Of a DNA stretch of 64,000 nucleotides, positions 1 to 11,395 are shown one piece after another. The DNA lies in contig NW_027191483.1 in NCBI RefSeq assembly GCF_011745625.1, forward strand, positions 1-64,000. Direction: 5' to 3'. Below the pieces are notes generated by a model that did not search any database, was not told the DNA's origin, and saw nothing but the letters and a program-made list of their open reading frames with translations. This stretch comes from Cladosporium halotolerans (lineage: Eukaryota). The number at the start of each line of letters is the position of its first letter. The stretch's first letter is position 1. The translations under genes and the position numbers were made by a program.

Positions 1-479
1 CCCTCCCCCTCCCACTACCCTACATCTACCCCCCCGACGACCCCTTCAACCCCTTCGCGCCCGCCCTCCCGCCCGCTCAAGACCTCAAACCTCCCTCCTC
101 GCCCCTCACGGCCTTCCAAGACGACGACTTCCCCTGGAATGAGGAGATGTAAGTCCGCCCCTCGGCCCTCTGCCGGACATCGCCTGCCCCGCCCCCCAAA
201 ATCCAAGCAGGGCACGTTCACTGACGGCAGCGAAATAGCGATGGACCGGCGTACGCCTCCAGCACCGCTTCCAGCGACTCAGACGACGAAGAAGGCGGCG
301 GCGGCAGGAGGAGGGCGACGGCGTGTCTGGACCGGTTCAACGAGGACCCGTGGCATGCGCTTGTTGTGCTGGGGCTGAGGGTTTATTCGAAGGGGGAGGT
401 GGGCGTTGTGGTCAGGAGGGATGATGGGGACGGGGTGGGATCTGAGGTGGAAGGAGAGGGGGAGGGGGAGGAGGTGTGA
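1..479 (+). CDS. 3' end of a probable fungal calpain-like cysteine protease gene (partial; exons <1-148, 239-479)
   Basis: Splicing GTAAGT(149)...CTGAC...AATAG(238) gives ...DDDFPWNEEIDGP...SSDSDDEE...FNEDPWHALVVLGLRVYSKGEV...* (TGA 477-479). The DPW..xVxGLRVYS tail resembles the C-terminus I recall for filamentous-fungal calpain-domain proteins. The catalytic domain is outside the window. Confidence 0.55.
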
Positions 480-984
480 AGGGATGGCGCGGGAGCCGGA
501 TGGCGGGACGCTGGACGCGTAACGGGGGTGGATTGTGGACTTGGAGGCGATTGATGAGTTGCGTGATGATTCTGGGAGAGGATCTCGGCTCAGTTCGTTT
601 TGGGAGACACAGCGATGAAGGGATACGGCATCTACACTCAAAGACTGACTGACGAGAGGGGAAAAAATTCTATACTTTCATTTTGGAGCGGTCTGTAATG
701 CCGATACATAACACAGCGCGACAAAGGTAACCTATCAAACATATGAACACAAAGTAAATGCATGCCGCTCAAAAGCGTTTGACCAAGATAACAAAACACA
801 CACAAAAAAAAAAAAAAGACGCAAATGACCCCACCGACGCCGTACATGATGATGATGGTTACGATGACGCTTTCCAACGAATAAACAGATAGCACGTCGA
901 TCGAGTTAAGACAAGAAAGACATATGTTCACATTCTCCCCCGTTCTCGTATCGCTGCCGTCGCTGTGCAATGCTAAACGCTATC

Positions 985-3275
985 TTACTTCGCCTGGCCG
1001 TAGCCGTAGACGTCGGGCAGCCTGGGCTGCCTGTCCGACGACTGGTCCCTGTAGCCCATGTCGGCGGCGCTGTGGACGAGAGCATCTGCGCTGTGGTCGC
1101 GGTAGTGCTCCGTCGGGCGGCTGAGGCTGCGGCCGTAGTAGCTGTCTCCGCCAGGGGATTCCGGCCGGGGCGGCACGGGGTCGTAGTGGCCCTTCTGGTC
1201 GCGGGTGGCGCCGAAGGGCGAGTCGGAGACGATGGGGGCTTTGTAGGCGGTGCCCTTCTGGGACATGGGCTCCATGAGGAGGGAGTTGCGGGCGTCGAGC
1301 GGGGTGAGGTTGTCGAAGTCGCGGGCGAGCTCCTTCTCTTTCTCGGCTTCCTTGCGGCGTTGGCGGTGGGGGTTCTTCTTGATGCAGAAGATGAGGGCGT
1401 TGACTGCGATGAGGATGGCGAGGACGCCGGTCAGGACGCTTTGGACGACGATGAGGACGACGCCGGTGACGGTCTTGGTGGTGGAGCTGATGCCGAGCTC
1501 TTCGACGAAAACCAAGATGCAAATGACGGAAAGCACGCGGACGGTCTGGATAACGCAGTTGATGATGTTGCTGCTCTTCAAGCTGAATGGGCGAGTCCAC
1601 AAGAGCAGGCAGAGCATGAGTGCCTCGACAATGAGCTGGCCAGCGGTCTGGACGAGGCCATTGCTCTGCGCGCCAGCGATAACACAAGCGCGGACGAACA
1701 TGTAGACGATGACGGGAATGAAGATCCACCAGTAAGACTTCTTGTAGTTGTCGTAGAAGAGGGAGTAGCGGACCCAGACTTCCTTGTCTTCATAGAGATT
1801 GCTGGCGTCGCCGAGTTGCTTCTTGGCCTCCCGAGCTTTCGACCAGATTTGGAAAGTGAACCATCCCAGGATTGCGGTGAAGAGACCGAGAGTGACACCA
1901 GCCAGAGTTTTGGCAGCCCAAGAGTCGCCGTTCGTAAATTGATAGATACAGTAAAGGACCCAGATACCGTAGAGAAGCATGATCAAGTTAGTGATAGCCT
2001 TAGCGAGACGCCACCAATAGCGCTTGCGCCATGATTCCATCGAGTGAGGGAGCGGCTTCATCATCGACCAGGCTTCAAGAATGAGCTTGAAGAGGAGAAT
2101 GAGGACGATGATGGCGGCGACGACGATGGCGAAACTCAAGAGCAATGTCATAAAGGTGTTCGGTGCGGGAATCCTCAGCTGCTCAACATAGCCCTGAATG
2201 TCCTTGACAAATTTCTGGTTCTTAGATTCAGGCTCAGCAGTGTCGTCGCTGGAGCTGCCATCGCCGCCAACAGTTGACGTTTCACCGTCAACGCTGACCT
2301 CAGTACCGTCTCTGAGGAACAGGAATGCGCCTTCGATGGCACGCCTCTTTAGGCTGCCAGCTTCCGAGCTGTTGGCGCCGCTAGCGAAGACCAGTGTTGC
2401 GTTCTTGAGGTAGTCGTAGTTGTTTTCTGTCAGGTTGCCTCCAGTAGCTCCGCGGAAGTTGTCGATCGTTTTCTGCATGCTATCCCACGAGACCAGACCA
2501 GTACTGAAACCGAAATTGCTGCTGAAACTTTGGTAGACCGTGGGGTATTTGACGCTCATCATTCCGCTCAGCGCCATGCTTTGGAACCAGCCAAAGACTT
2601 CGCCGAACGTAGGGGATGGAGCAGCCGCACCGGGCGTGCCGGCAGCCGACAGCGCGGACAGACCAGTCAGGGCGAGAGATCCTGCGGCGATGCCGGCGGC
2701 GACATATTTAACGGCAGGCATTTCCAAAGATTTTCCGTTTCCAACAGTCGACTCCACACAAGCCAGCTGTGTATTGTCGGCGTCACGTGTGAGGTACATT
2801 TTGACCAGGCCATCCAAGTCGGGAACAGAGAACGCGATCGCGGGAATCTGTTTGGCGAATTCTTCGGGGACTGTTTGTTCACCTGAAGACGAGAACTTTG
2901 CGGCAGGGACTATTCGGATGTGAGCTTCCGTGCAATCATACATTTCAATGACATGTTCCACCTACCTGGACACATTTCTGTCATGCCCTGTTCGCAAGGG
3001 CTGAACTCCTTCTCATATACTTGTTTGCCGTAGGCAGTCACGACCAACCTGGCGGTCACATTTTGCTCGCTCTTACTCTCGCCGGCGACGTCGAAGATCA
3101 GTTTCCTGGTGTTCTTGTTGTAGGAGACGTCCAGTTTGTTGACTTCGATCGCGCTGTTGTCCAGACATGTCGTGAAGCTGTTGGTGCTCAAGACGTCTGC
3201 ACCGAAGACGCCGGTGGGTATCGTGAAGAAGCAGGCCGCAGCGGCCAGAGCCCGCATGCCCGCGGATGGGCGCAT
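985..3275 (-). CDS. Flavin-carrier (FLC)/Pkd2-like TRP-domain membrane protein (exons 3275-2966, 2909-985)
   Basis: Signal peptide; ML-like TRP_N domain (DVLSTNSFTTC...TAYGKQVYEKEFSPC...MCP|VP; IPAIAFSVPDLDG; LACVESTVGNGKS); multi-TM TRP domain (FGWFQSMALSGMMSVKYP, F..NFGFSTGLVSW). Intron 2965-2910 (GTAGG...ATAG). Confidence 0.9.
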
Positions 3276-4819
3276 CGTTGTGTGTGCTCGCAGGCTTGAC
3301 GCCTTCCACGCGGTGACGGTTCGAAGATTTCCGAGCTCTCAGACAAGCACGTCCGTGTTGAAGTGTGTTACAGAGGGTGTCGGGCGGTGAAGTGGGCTGC
3401 AAAGAGGAGAGGCGACGAGCTCCACAAGTTGCGTTTCAGGTGTGCGCCAGAATATGCGTAGCGAGCGAAGGGGTAGGATGGAAAGACTGGTCCAGGGAGA
3501 AAACGACAGGCCAAAAGGGGGAAAAGACAGGCGAGATGAGGGACGAAAGATGGATAAGGGAACAAGTACAGATGTGTATGCAACAGAGTATGCAGAAATG
3601 GTAGGGAAAACGAGCGTAAGTCGTGCTGCGGACAGCACATGCAATAGCAGGCCAGGGTGCAGGGCTGGAATACGAGATGAAGGTGGTTTGATGACTAGGA
3701 GCACTTGACCGGGGTTGAGTGGCTGCGCCGTGTGGGCGGCGTGCGATAGGGTGCTTGCGCAGCCGCACCGTTGCGGCCCCTTGCCCTAACAGGTATGGCA
3801 GAAGCGGCTATTTTGAGCGTGCTTCCGATGGACCTCGCGGGCGAGGTCTCGCCCGTGGGGAGCGAGGAGCAAGAGCGTGAGGGAGCCGCGCGCGAGGGGT
3901 CTCGCTCAGCGCGCTGCCAGTCGAGATCTTGTCTTCTCATCTCTCCCGGGCCGGGGGAACAGCTCTCTTCCTGAGTCGATGGACCTACGCCGCCGGGTGC
4001 ACAAGGCGCGATCGTCAGGCACGCATCGCCCGCCACCGAAGCCTGCCAGCAGCGTCCTCACGCGAGCGACAGGCGCCAGCAAGGCCGGTGGGTGCCACGC
4101 GTGCTCTCGCGGTGGCGTCCTATCGCGCGCACTCCGTGCAGCTGATGGCGTTTTGGAGGCGTGTGGGCGTGATGCCAGTGGATGGCTAAGCGGCGAAGGA
4201 AGAGCGGTACGTGCCGAGACGTTGTGTCGGGCGTCTCGTCCGGCAGGGTTGCGCGTCTGCAGGCGCTGGGGAAGCCCAAGCAAGTCGAAGCAAAAGGATG
4301 CCGCGGAAGCTGGAAGGCAGACCCTCTGGCGGTGCTGCCGTCCACCCAAGCAGCCAAGCTTCCAGTCTCTCCTCTCCTGTGGCGTCGTGTGTTTCATCCA
4401 TGAACTGCCTGTCCTGATTGTGTGTCGGACACCGCTCTGCGCGGGCGACGTCGGCAGCAGTAAACGCCGACGGCCGGGCACAGCAGTGATGTGCGCGCAC
4501 GCTAACAGCGAGCGCGAAACCAACGCTCCCAAGCCCCAACACACCTCCCGTCTGCCTGTGCTGACCTACATGACGTCCGCCGCTGAGACTGCTCGTGGAA
4601 AGTTCTGACCCGCCACGCGTCTGACAGTGTCATTGTGAACATACGCGCCGTGTTCCCGACTGCCCAATACTTGGTTACCTTGCTGCTGCTATGCTGTGCT
4701 AGCCCGAGTTCTTACCAAATCCGACCTTCTGCCACTCAATCTATCTCAATCCCGCGCTGCCCGCCGCCCTAAACGCCCCTCGTGAAGCTTGCCGGCTCAC
4801 CCCATCCGACAACCGAGCC

Positions 4820-5823
4820 ATGTCTCTCTGGGCCATTGCCGACATTCACATTTCCTACAAGAGTAACCGCGAGGCTATCCAGAATCTAAAGCCGCGGCCC
4901 GAGGACGGCCTCATCCTGGCTGGCGACAGTAAGCTTGCAGCTTGCCAAACAGCCTCATGGCGACTCCCTAACCGTTGTACATAGTTGGTGAAACCATCGA
5001 ACAGCTCAATGAAGTCTTCGACATTGCGACAAGATATTTCAAGCAGGTCTACTGGGTGCCCGGTAACCATGAGCTCTATTCGTCCAGCCACGCCAAGGAG
5101 CATGAGATGCACTTGAGGGGCGAGAGCAAATACATGGCATGCATCCTAGCTGCCAAAAAGTGGGGCGTACTCACTCCGGAGGATGAGTTCACCACGTGGG
5201 AGTACACCGATGCAGATGGTGTACCGCAATGCGCCCTCGTGTGCCCCATCTTCACCCTCTACGACTATTCCTTCCGGCCAAAGGATGTCTCGCGTGAGAA
5301 GTGCATCGACTGGGCACTCGAACACGGCATCAACGCCACCGACGAACACCTGCTGCACCCGGATCCGTATGGCTCAAGAGACGAATGGTGCCACCGCCAC
5401 ATCCAACAGGCCGAAATCAAACTTGGAGCTGCCGCCGCCACTGGACTTCCCCTCATCATCATCAACCACTGGCCATTGCGCGAGGACCTTGTCTATATCC
5501 CTCTGGTTCCACGTTTCAGTCCGTGGTGTGGAACCAAGATGACCGAAGACTGGCACCTCCGATTCAACGCGAAAGTCGTCGTGACCGGCCACCTGCACGT
5601 GCGAAGGACCGACTGGATCGACAGCGTCAGGTTTGAGGAGTGCAGTCTGGGCTACCCCAAGCAATGGCAGGAGGCCAAGGACGCGGGTAACGACGTCAAC
5701 ACGATGATGAGAGAGATCCTGCCTGGACCTCCTACACCCGAGAAGGGCAAGGAGCCTCCCACTAACTGGAGACGATACGGGATACCCACCGCGACGCAAA
5801 ACGGAGGTGCTTGCTGCACTTAG
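4820..5823 (+). CDS. Calcineurin-like metallophosphoesterase, PptH (Rv2795c)-like (exons 4820-4928, 4985-5823)
   Basis: Intron GTAAGC(4929)...CTAAC...ATAG(4984). Spliced protein has all five metallophosphoesterase motifs: ADIH, AGD, PGNHE, NHWP, GHLH. It also has family-specific strings LYDYSF, ATDE.LL.PDPY.SRDEWC, FSPWCGTK.TEDWH.RFNA, VRFEECSLGYPKQW. Confidence 0.88.
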
Positions 5824-6414
5824 CACTGTTTCTCGCCAGCTGGGCTGGCGTCGATTTTCCATTGCAAATATCCAAATTATATACGAGATCTCATGCGACT
5901 CTACGGCCTGTCACTGCCTCCCGCGTATACACCCGCGCCGTTCTCAGACGTGTTCAGCGTCCACATAAACAGCAATTCTCATCAAATTGGTACATGACCA
6001 GCCGAAATGATACCTTAAACTGGGGCCCAAACGTGTGCTCACGGCAACTGAATCTGTTTCGCGGACTACTTTCACAGACATTCATTGGCTTGCTTCAATT
6101 ATTTTGAGGCTCGCATGAGATATTGTGAAATCGCACCTACCATTTCGACTATTCACGAGCGACACGAAATCTTACCTGCACGCTTCTCGAAGAAAAGAAG
6201 GCCCACTTCGGGCACCGGAGTCAGTTGGAACACTAGGGCTTGCATAGATTCTACCTAGACAATCGCTGGTACAAAGCCCAAAGCCCGTTAAGCGCTGCCC
6301 TATGCTTCAAAGTTTGCGATTGTCTCTAAGAGTCTATTCACGATGCAACTGCACTACCCTCAACGACTATGACTCAGCCGGTCTACATCCAACATTCTAT
6401 CCACCATTCCTCAA

Positions 6415-7261
6415 TCACAACGTCGTACAAACGCTCGCTTCCACTCCCACCATATCCGGCCTCTGCAACCCCTGCTTCCCCCAGCTTTCCATCGCAAGCT
6501 CAAAAAACTCCGCCTGCTTCTCCTCCCCAGCCATCAAACCAACCTTCCCGCGCCGCCTCCGACTCTCCCCCGTCTCCACCAACCTCGCCTCACAATCCTC
6601 GTCCCCCATCAGATCTCCCTCAAAGACAAACTCCCTCACCTCACAATTCAACCACCCCGTCCCCGCCCCCTCCCACGCCCCCTCCCAGTCCCCCGTGAAA
6701 TAATGCATCCACCCCCCATGCGCAACCAGCACAACCCGCGCCTCCCGATCCCCACCCCTAACCAACTCCCTCACCCTCTCCCTCACAAAAACCCTCGCGT
6801 CCCGCGCCCGCGCCCCCACAGCCTCGCTGCGCGCACTGTACCGCCCGCCCGGCGCTTTATCATTCCACCCCTCGCGCACGAGCGCCAGATCGACCGCCCA
6901 CCCTTCCTCCTCAACAATCTCGCGCAGAACGCCAGGATCCGAGCCCACGTCGCACGGGTCGTCGGAGATTTCCTGCGCGTCGGGCAGCGCCAGGATGCGC
7001 GGGGCGCATTTCCCGCCGCGCGCTCTCAGCGCGGGTCCGAAGACGAGGGATGCGGTTTGCAGGGTGCGGCGGAGCGGGGAGGCGAGGACGAGGGAGATGC
7101 GGGATTGCGAGGGCGCGGGGAAGGAGGTTTGGCGGAGCAGGTGGCATTGCTGTTCGCCGTGGGGGGTTAGGGAGGGGTCGCGGAGCGTGTAGGTGCCGGT
7201 GCCGGGGGGGGAGGTTGTGGTGGCCTTGGGCGTGGCGGAGGAGGTGGATCGTTGGGGGCAT
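6415..7261 (-). CDS. Histidine phosphatase (phosphoglycerate-mutase superfamily), with an apparent +1 frameshift at 7204-7211
   Basis: MPPTIHLLRHAQGHHNL (RHxQG catalytic motif) starts at ATG 7261 in one frame. LRDPSLTPHGEQQC...ASPLRRTLQT...DAQEISDDPCDVGS...VLVAHGG...GTGWLNCEVR lies in the adjacent frame. Removing one C from a C8 run joins them. Confidence 0.82.
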
Positions 7262-7902
7262 GGCGATGTGGTTCGGGCGTTAGTGATGGGCTTGTGGAGG
7301 AAGTGGAATGGATGGATTGATTTGAGGTGCTTATTGGGGTTCGTGAAGATATGTTTTTGTTTTTGTGGAAGCAAAGCCGTGACGCTGTTGCTCGACGCGA
7401 TTAATGAGAGTTGGAGAGCTTACAAAGCAGACTGAACCTATGATTCCAAACCGATAGTCCCCTTCTGCAAGAGGCAGCCAAGGCCCAATGCTTTGGTAAT
7501 CTTCATCACTTCTTGCGACTATTGAGCTCGTGGTTGATGAACTGCGCTAAACCGCATTAGGAAGCCAAGACGCAAGCGCGGAGTTTCTTTCGTAAGTGAG
7601 GTTCTGGCGTGCGCGCATGCTGTGTAACCGGCGAGATTTCAACCCACACTTTGCACGGCTAGACCAACGCAGGGGCTTTTCGATACGTAGGTTGAGAGCT
7701 ATCAAACAGTGGTCGGTCCCGCGGCCTGCGGGTCGGTTGGCGGACTCGTCGTCATGGGCCTGCTGGGTTATTAAGCAGGTTCTTTGCCGAGATGAGAGGA
7801 GACACCGTAAAGCCTTTATAAAACTCCTCTCTCTTCGACAGAAATCTTCTGAGTGCCAATTTGGAATCTCAATGCATTGTGTCGGATTGAAATTGTCCAG
7901 TC

Positions 7903-9507
7903 ATGTCACCATCAGTACCAACCTCGCTCACATCAACTCCAGTCCCAGAAGACGATCCTAAAACAGAACCCAAAGTTTTGAAAGAATCACCGGTCGATGA
8001 GTCTCTACGAGCCCGCATCGAGCGACTGGGCCGCGAACGTCCAGCGGTCTTTAACAGCGCTTGGCGCGAGATCAGCTTCGTTTTCAGCATCTCCATGTCG
8101 CAGCTCCTTACGGACTTTTTCGTCTCGGGATTCACTGTCATCTTGCCAACCCTCATAACTGAGCTGGACATTCCACAGGCAGCGAGCGTATGGCCAGCGA
8201 CCGCATTTTCGCTCGTCATCGCCAGCACTCTCCTAGTGTTCGGACGTATTGGTGATATGGTCGGAGGATATCCTGTCTTCATGGGAGGTCTGACTTGGCT
8301 GGTAATATGGAGCATCGTCGCAGGCTTCAGCATCAATCCGGTCATGTTGAACATCTGTCGAGCTCTGCAAGGGTTTGGGCCAGCCGCCTCCCTGCCTACT
8401 GGCGTTATGCTCATGGGCTCCATCTACCGACCTGGACCGCGGAAGAATCTTGTCTTCGCGATTTACGGCACTTCAGCCGTATTCGGATTCTTCGGCGGTA
8501 TCGTTGTCGCAGGGATTGTCGGCCAATTTCTGCGCTGGGGATATTTCTTCTGGATCGGTGCCATCCTCACAGCCGTCACCCTCACAACCTCCTACTTTTC
8601 CATCCCACACGCTCGACCTGAAAAAGCCGCGAACAGCGCCATGAAAATGGACTACCCCGGCGCCGTCACCGTCATCGTCGGCCTAACCCTCACCGTCTTC
8701 GCCATAACCCAATCCGCCCACGCCCCCTCCGGCTGGCGCACGCCCTACATCCCCGTCTGCTTCTCCCTCGGCATCCTCTCCCTCCTCGCCGCGACCTACA
8801 TCGAAACGAAGATCTCCCCGCAACCCCTCCTCCCCGCCTCCATCTTCTCCACCCCAGCCATGACGCCGCTCCTCCTCGCCCTCTTCCTCCTCTACGGCAC
8901 CTGGGGCATCTTCTCCGTCTACGGCACGCAGTACTTCCAGCGCATCATGAGCGCGACGCCGCTGCAGGTCGTGGCGTGGTACGTGCCGCTGGGCGTCGCG
9001 GGCCTGCTGCTCAGCGTGCTCGAGGGCTTCATCCTGCACGTCGTGCCCGGCCGCGTCCTGCTGCTGGCGTCCGGGCTCGGGGCGCTGGGGTCGCAGCTGC
9101 TGCTGGCGCTGATTCCGCTGGAGGGTGGGAATTACTGGGCTTGGATCTTTCCGGCGACGGTTTTGAGTACGGTGGGCATTGACTTGTCGACGATTTATAT
9201 GACGGTGTTTGTGACGACTGTGCTGCCGGTTTCGCAGCAGGGGTTGGCGGGCGGGTTGGTGAATTCGACGCTGCATCTTGGGGTGGGGATTGTGTTGGGG
9301 CTGACGGATATTGTTCAGGCGATGACGGTTGAGGAGCAGGGGTTGGGGATGAGCTATAAGAATACGTTTTGGTTTGGTGTAGCGGCTGGAGGCGTGAGTT
9401 TGGTATTGATGGTTATTTGGGGCAAGCTGCCTGCGGCGAAGAGCGATTTGACGGCGGATGAGAAAGAAGAGCTCGAGCGGGAGGCTGAAGGGCAAGAGAG
9501 AGGATGA
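7903..9507 (+). CDS. MFS multidrug transporter (DHA2 / Atr1-like, ~14 TM)
   Basis: 534-aa intronless ORF with LGRERPAVF..AWREISFVFSI, motif A (FGRIGDMVGG), CRALQGFG, GSIYRPGPRKNLVFAIYG and many hydrophobic helices. Confidence 0.93.
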   Translation: MSPSVPTSLTSTPVPEDDPKTEPKVLKESPVDESLRARIERLGRERPAVFNSAWREISFVFSISMSQLLTDFFVSGFTVILPTLITELDIPQAASVWPATAFSLVIASTLLVFGRIGDMVGGYPVFMGGLTWLVIWSIVAGFSINPVMLNICRALQGFGPAASLPTGVMLMGSIYRPGPRKNLVFAIYGTSAVFGFFGGIVVAGIVGQFLRWGYFFWIGAILTAVTLTTSYFSIPHARPEKAANSAMKMDYPGAVTVIVGLTLTVFAITQSAHAPSGWRTPYIPVCFSLGILSLLAATYIETKISPQPLLPASIFSTPAMTPLLLALFLLYGTWGIFSVYGTQYFQRIMSATPLQVVAWYVPLGVAGLLLSVLEGFILHVVPGRVLLLASGLGALGSQLLLALIPLEGGNYWAWIFPATVLSTVGIDLSTIYMTVFVTTVLPVSQQGLAGGLVNSTLHLGVGIVLGLTDIVQAMTVEEQGLGMSYKNTFWFGVAAGGVSLVLMVIWGKLPAAKSDLTADEKEELEREAEGQERG

Positions 9508-9584
9508 GGTGCGAGCCAGGCTTCTGGTCGTGAGCATAAATGTGTTAAGCGTCATAGAGAAATTGTATAGAGGCTTCGCTGATC

Positions 9585-11257
9585 TCAAATGATAAGCCAA
9601 TCAACGCCCCTGCCCCGTAGATCTCTGATCCAGTCGCTGCTTTCACTCCTGCCATTGATAGTGTCGTTGCCTCGCGCAGATGCCTCGCGGCTTGACCTCT
9701 CTGCCCATATGTTCTCCAGCACCCCAAGAGCGCCCCTAATCGTACCCCAAGGCTCCACTTTCCACAACTCGTGAAACCTCCGCACAACCCAGCGCTGTGC
9801 CGCCGGATCTGCCGTCTCTGCTCCTGCGATGAACGAGGGCCAGGTCGTTGCTGTGAACAAAGCGTCGTTTGGGCGAATGTAGGATGCGTGACGGATGACT
9901 TCTGCTCCGAGCGATTCCAATTCCTGAGAGTTGCCAGCGCTCTTGTCAAGAGAATTGCAAAGGCGAGAAAGATAAATGCAGACCGCGGCGCGGTGGGCGG
10001 AAGCAACGTGTGTGCGATGCTCGAGGTCTGATGCGGGCGAGCGTGGCTGAATTGCCGAAGCCCAGCCAAGTGGATCGAAGGATATGGCGGTCTGCAGGAG
10101 CTGGTGGGCTTGCTGAGCTTTCCCGGCGTGCGACGTGTTCTCAGTCGAGCAAGTGTTGTCAGATTGGTACAGTTGAGCACCACTTTGCATCAGCTGGAGC
10201 AATGTTACTGGAAATGAAGAGCAGTGATTGCCTTCGGCATCTTGCAACAATGACAGACCGCCCGGAGGAAGCGCATTGTTGGTACCGAGGCCAGGTGAGC
10301 TGGCTAACGATGATCCTAGGATGTCAAACCTGTTTTCGATCAGTGATGCACGTGCTGAGTGTAGCAAGTCATAGGCAGATCTTACACCAAGCAATTGGAA
10401 ATGAGACATCGGCGAAGAGTGCTCGTACTCGTCTGCGTCCAGATCTCGGGCCCACAGAGTCTCTCGATAATGCGTCGCGCGCCGCTAATGTGGTGCGTCC
10501 AATTGCCTTGCCCAGATTCAACGAGCTCGAGTTCAATGAACAGGAGTACAACGGCCATGGTCACGTCGACATCTAGAGCAATGGTGCCAGTGAGCGCCAA
10601 TTGCAATAAGTGCAGAGCCTGTCGTTTCGCTGCGAGTGCATCATATTGAGGCTTTGATTGAGCTATCATAGACGACTCTTGGTCCTCGAGGTGGACTGAA
10701 CATTTCCCATCTGGATGGCCTGTGTTTGGTGTCGTGATGCTTGTTGATGCATTGTGAATCCACGAAGCTGAGTTGGCGACAATAATGTGAAGCAGTATAG
10801 GGTGCTTTTGCGTCAAAGGGATCAATTCACGAAATGGGTTGAGCTGGGTATTATCGTACGATACGAGGTTGCGACAGAAATCGTTGGCAACTATATGAAG
10901 ATAACTTGGTGAGTGCCATGAGTGAGACGGATGCCAGAATAGCTTACAATGATGAAGGTAATTCCGCGTCGAAGCGTCCAGATCTTGTGTCAGAGGATCC
11001 GTCGGAAGTGAGTGCACGACGACTTGATGATTGCCCTGCCTCTCATAACGTTTGCCGACCTCATGATACGAAACACCTGCCAGTTTACCACGGCTTGCAA
11101 CACCAGTTTCCCAGCGCATTAAGCGTTGATAGCCTAGACATTGTTGGCCATTCTTGATGCATTTCAGACATTGCGGTAGGGCTCTATCGCACTTCAGGCG
11201 ACGCCGGCGACAGTTGTGGCAGGCTTTGCGGGACTCTTCTGACAGATCATTCGCCAT
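9585..11257 (-). CDS. Zn2Cys6 transcription factor with fungal-specific TF domain (exons 11257-10948, 10890-10386, 10329-9585)
   Basis: CHNCRRRRLKCDRALPQCLKCIKNGQQC binuclear cluster; NPFRELIPL, W..HI.GA, WPSFIAGAE motifs of the Fungal_trans_2 type. Introns 10947-10891 and 10385-10330 with GTAAG donors. Confidence 0.9.
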
Positions 11258-11376
11258 ACCATTGTCATATCAGCTCATGGTTTGCGACAGATTCGAGGTG
11301 GGTAACAGCTTCGCCAAATCTTCCCGAGGCCCTTGACTTGCGAATTTGAGGGCGCGAGAGAGTTGAGCAACGACAT

Positions 11377-11395
11377 CACGTGCACGCTGACGTCA
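11377..11395. promoter_or_regulatory. Adjacent E-box (CACGTG) and CRE palindrome (TGACGTCA) in the divergent TF/permease promoter
   Basis: CACGTG at 11377-11382 and TGACGTCA at 11388-11395, ~120-140 bp upstream of the TF ATG. Function is inferred from bHLH and ATF/CREB consensus only. Confidence 0.35.

Noticed and set aside
804..817. Poly-A run as a possible retroelement tail
   Set aside because: No target-site duplication or element body; it reads as a T-rich tract in the 3' UTR of the FLC-like gene.
970..2034. 354-aa plus-strand ORF, and similar long antisense ORFs at 37055-38170, 48189-49577 and 54043-54876
   Set aside because: They are antisense shadows of well-supported, codon-biased genes in GC-rich DNA and carry no recognisable motifs.
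3300..4800. Several 100-240-aa ORFs between the FLC-like and metallophosphoesterase genes
   Set aside because: Arg/Ala/Ser-rich random-looking translations on both strands; consistent with a GC-rich divergent promoter/UTR.
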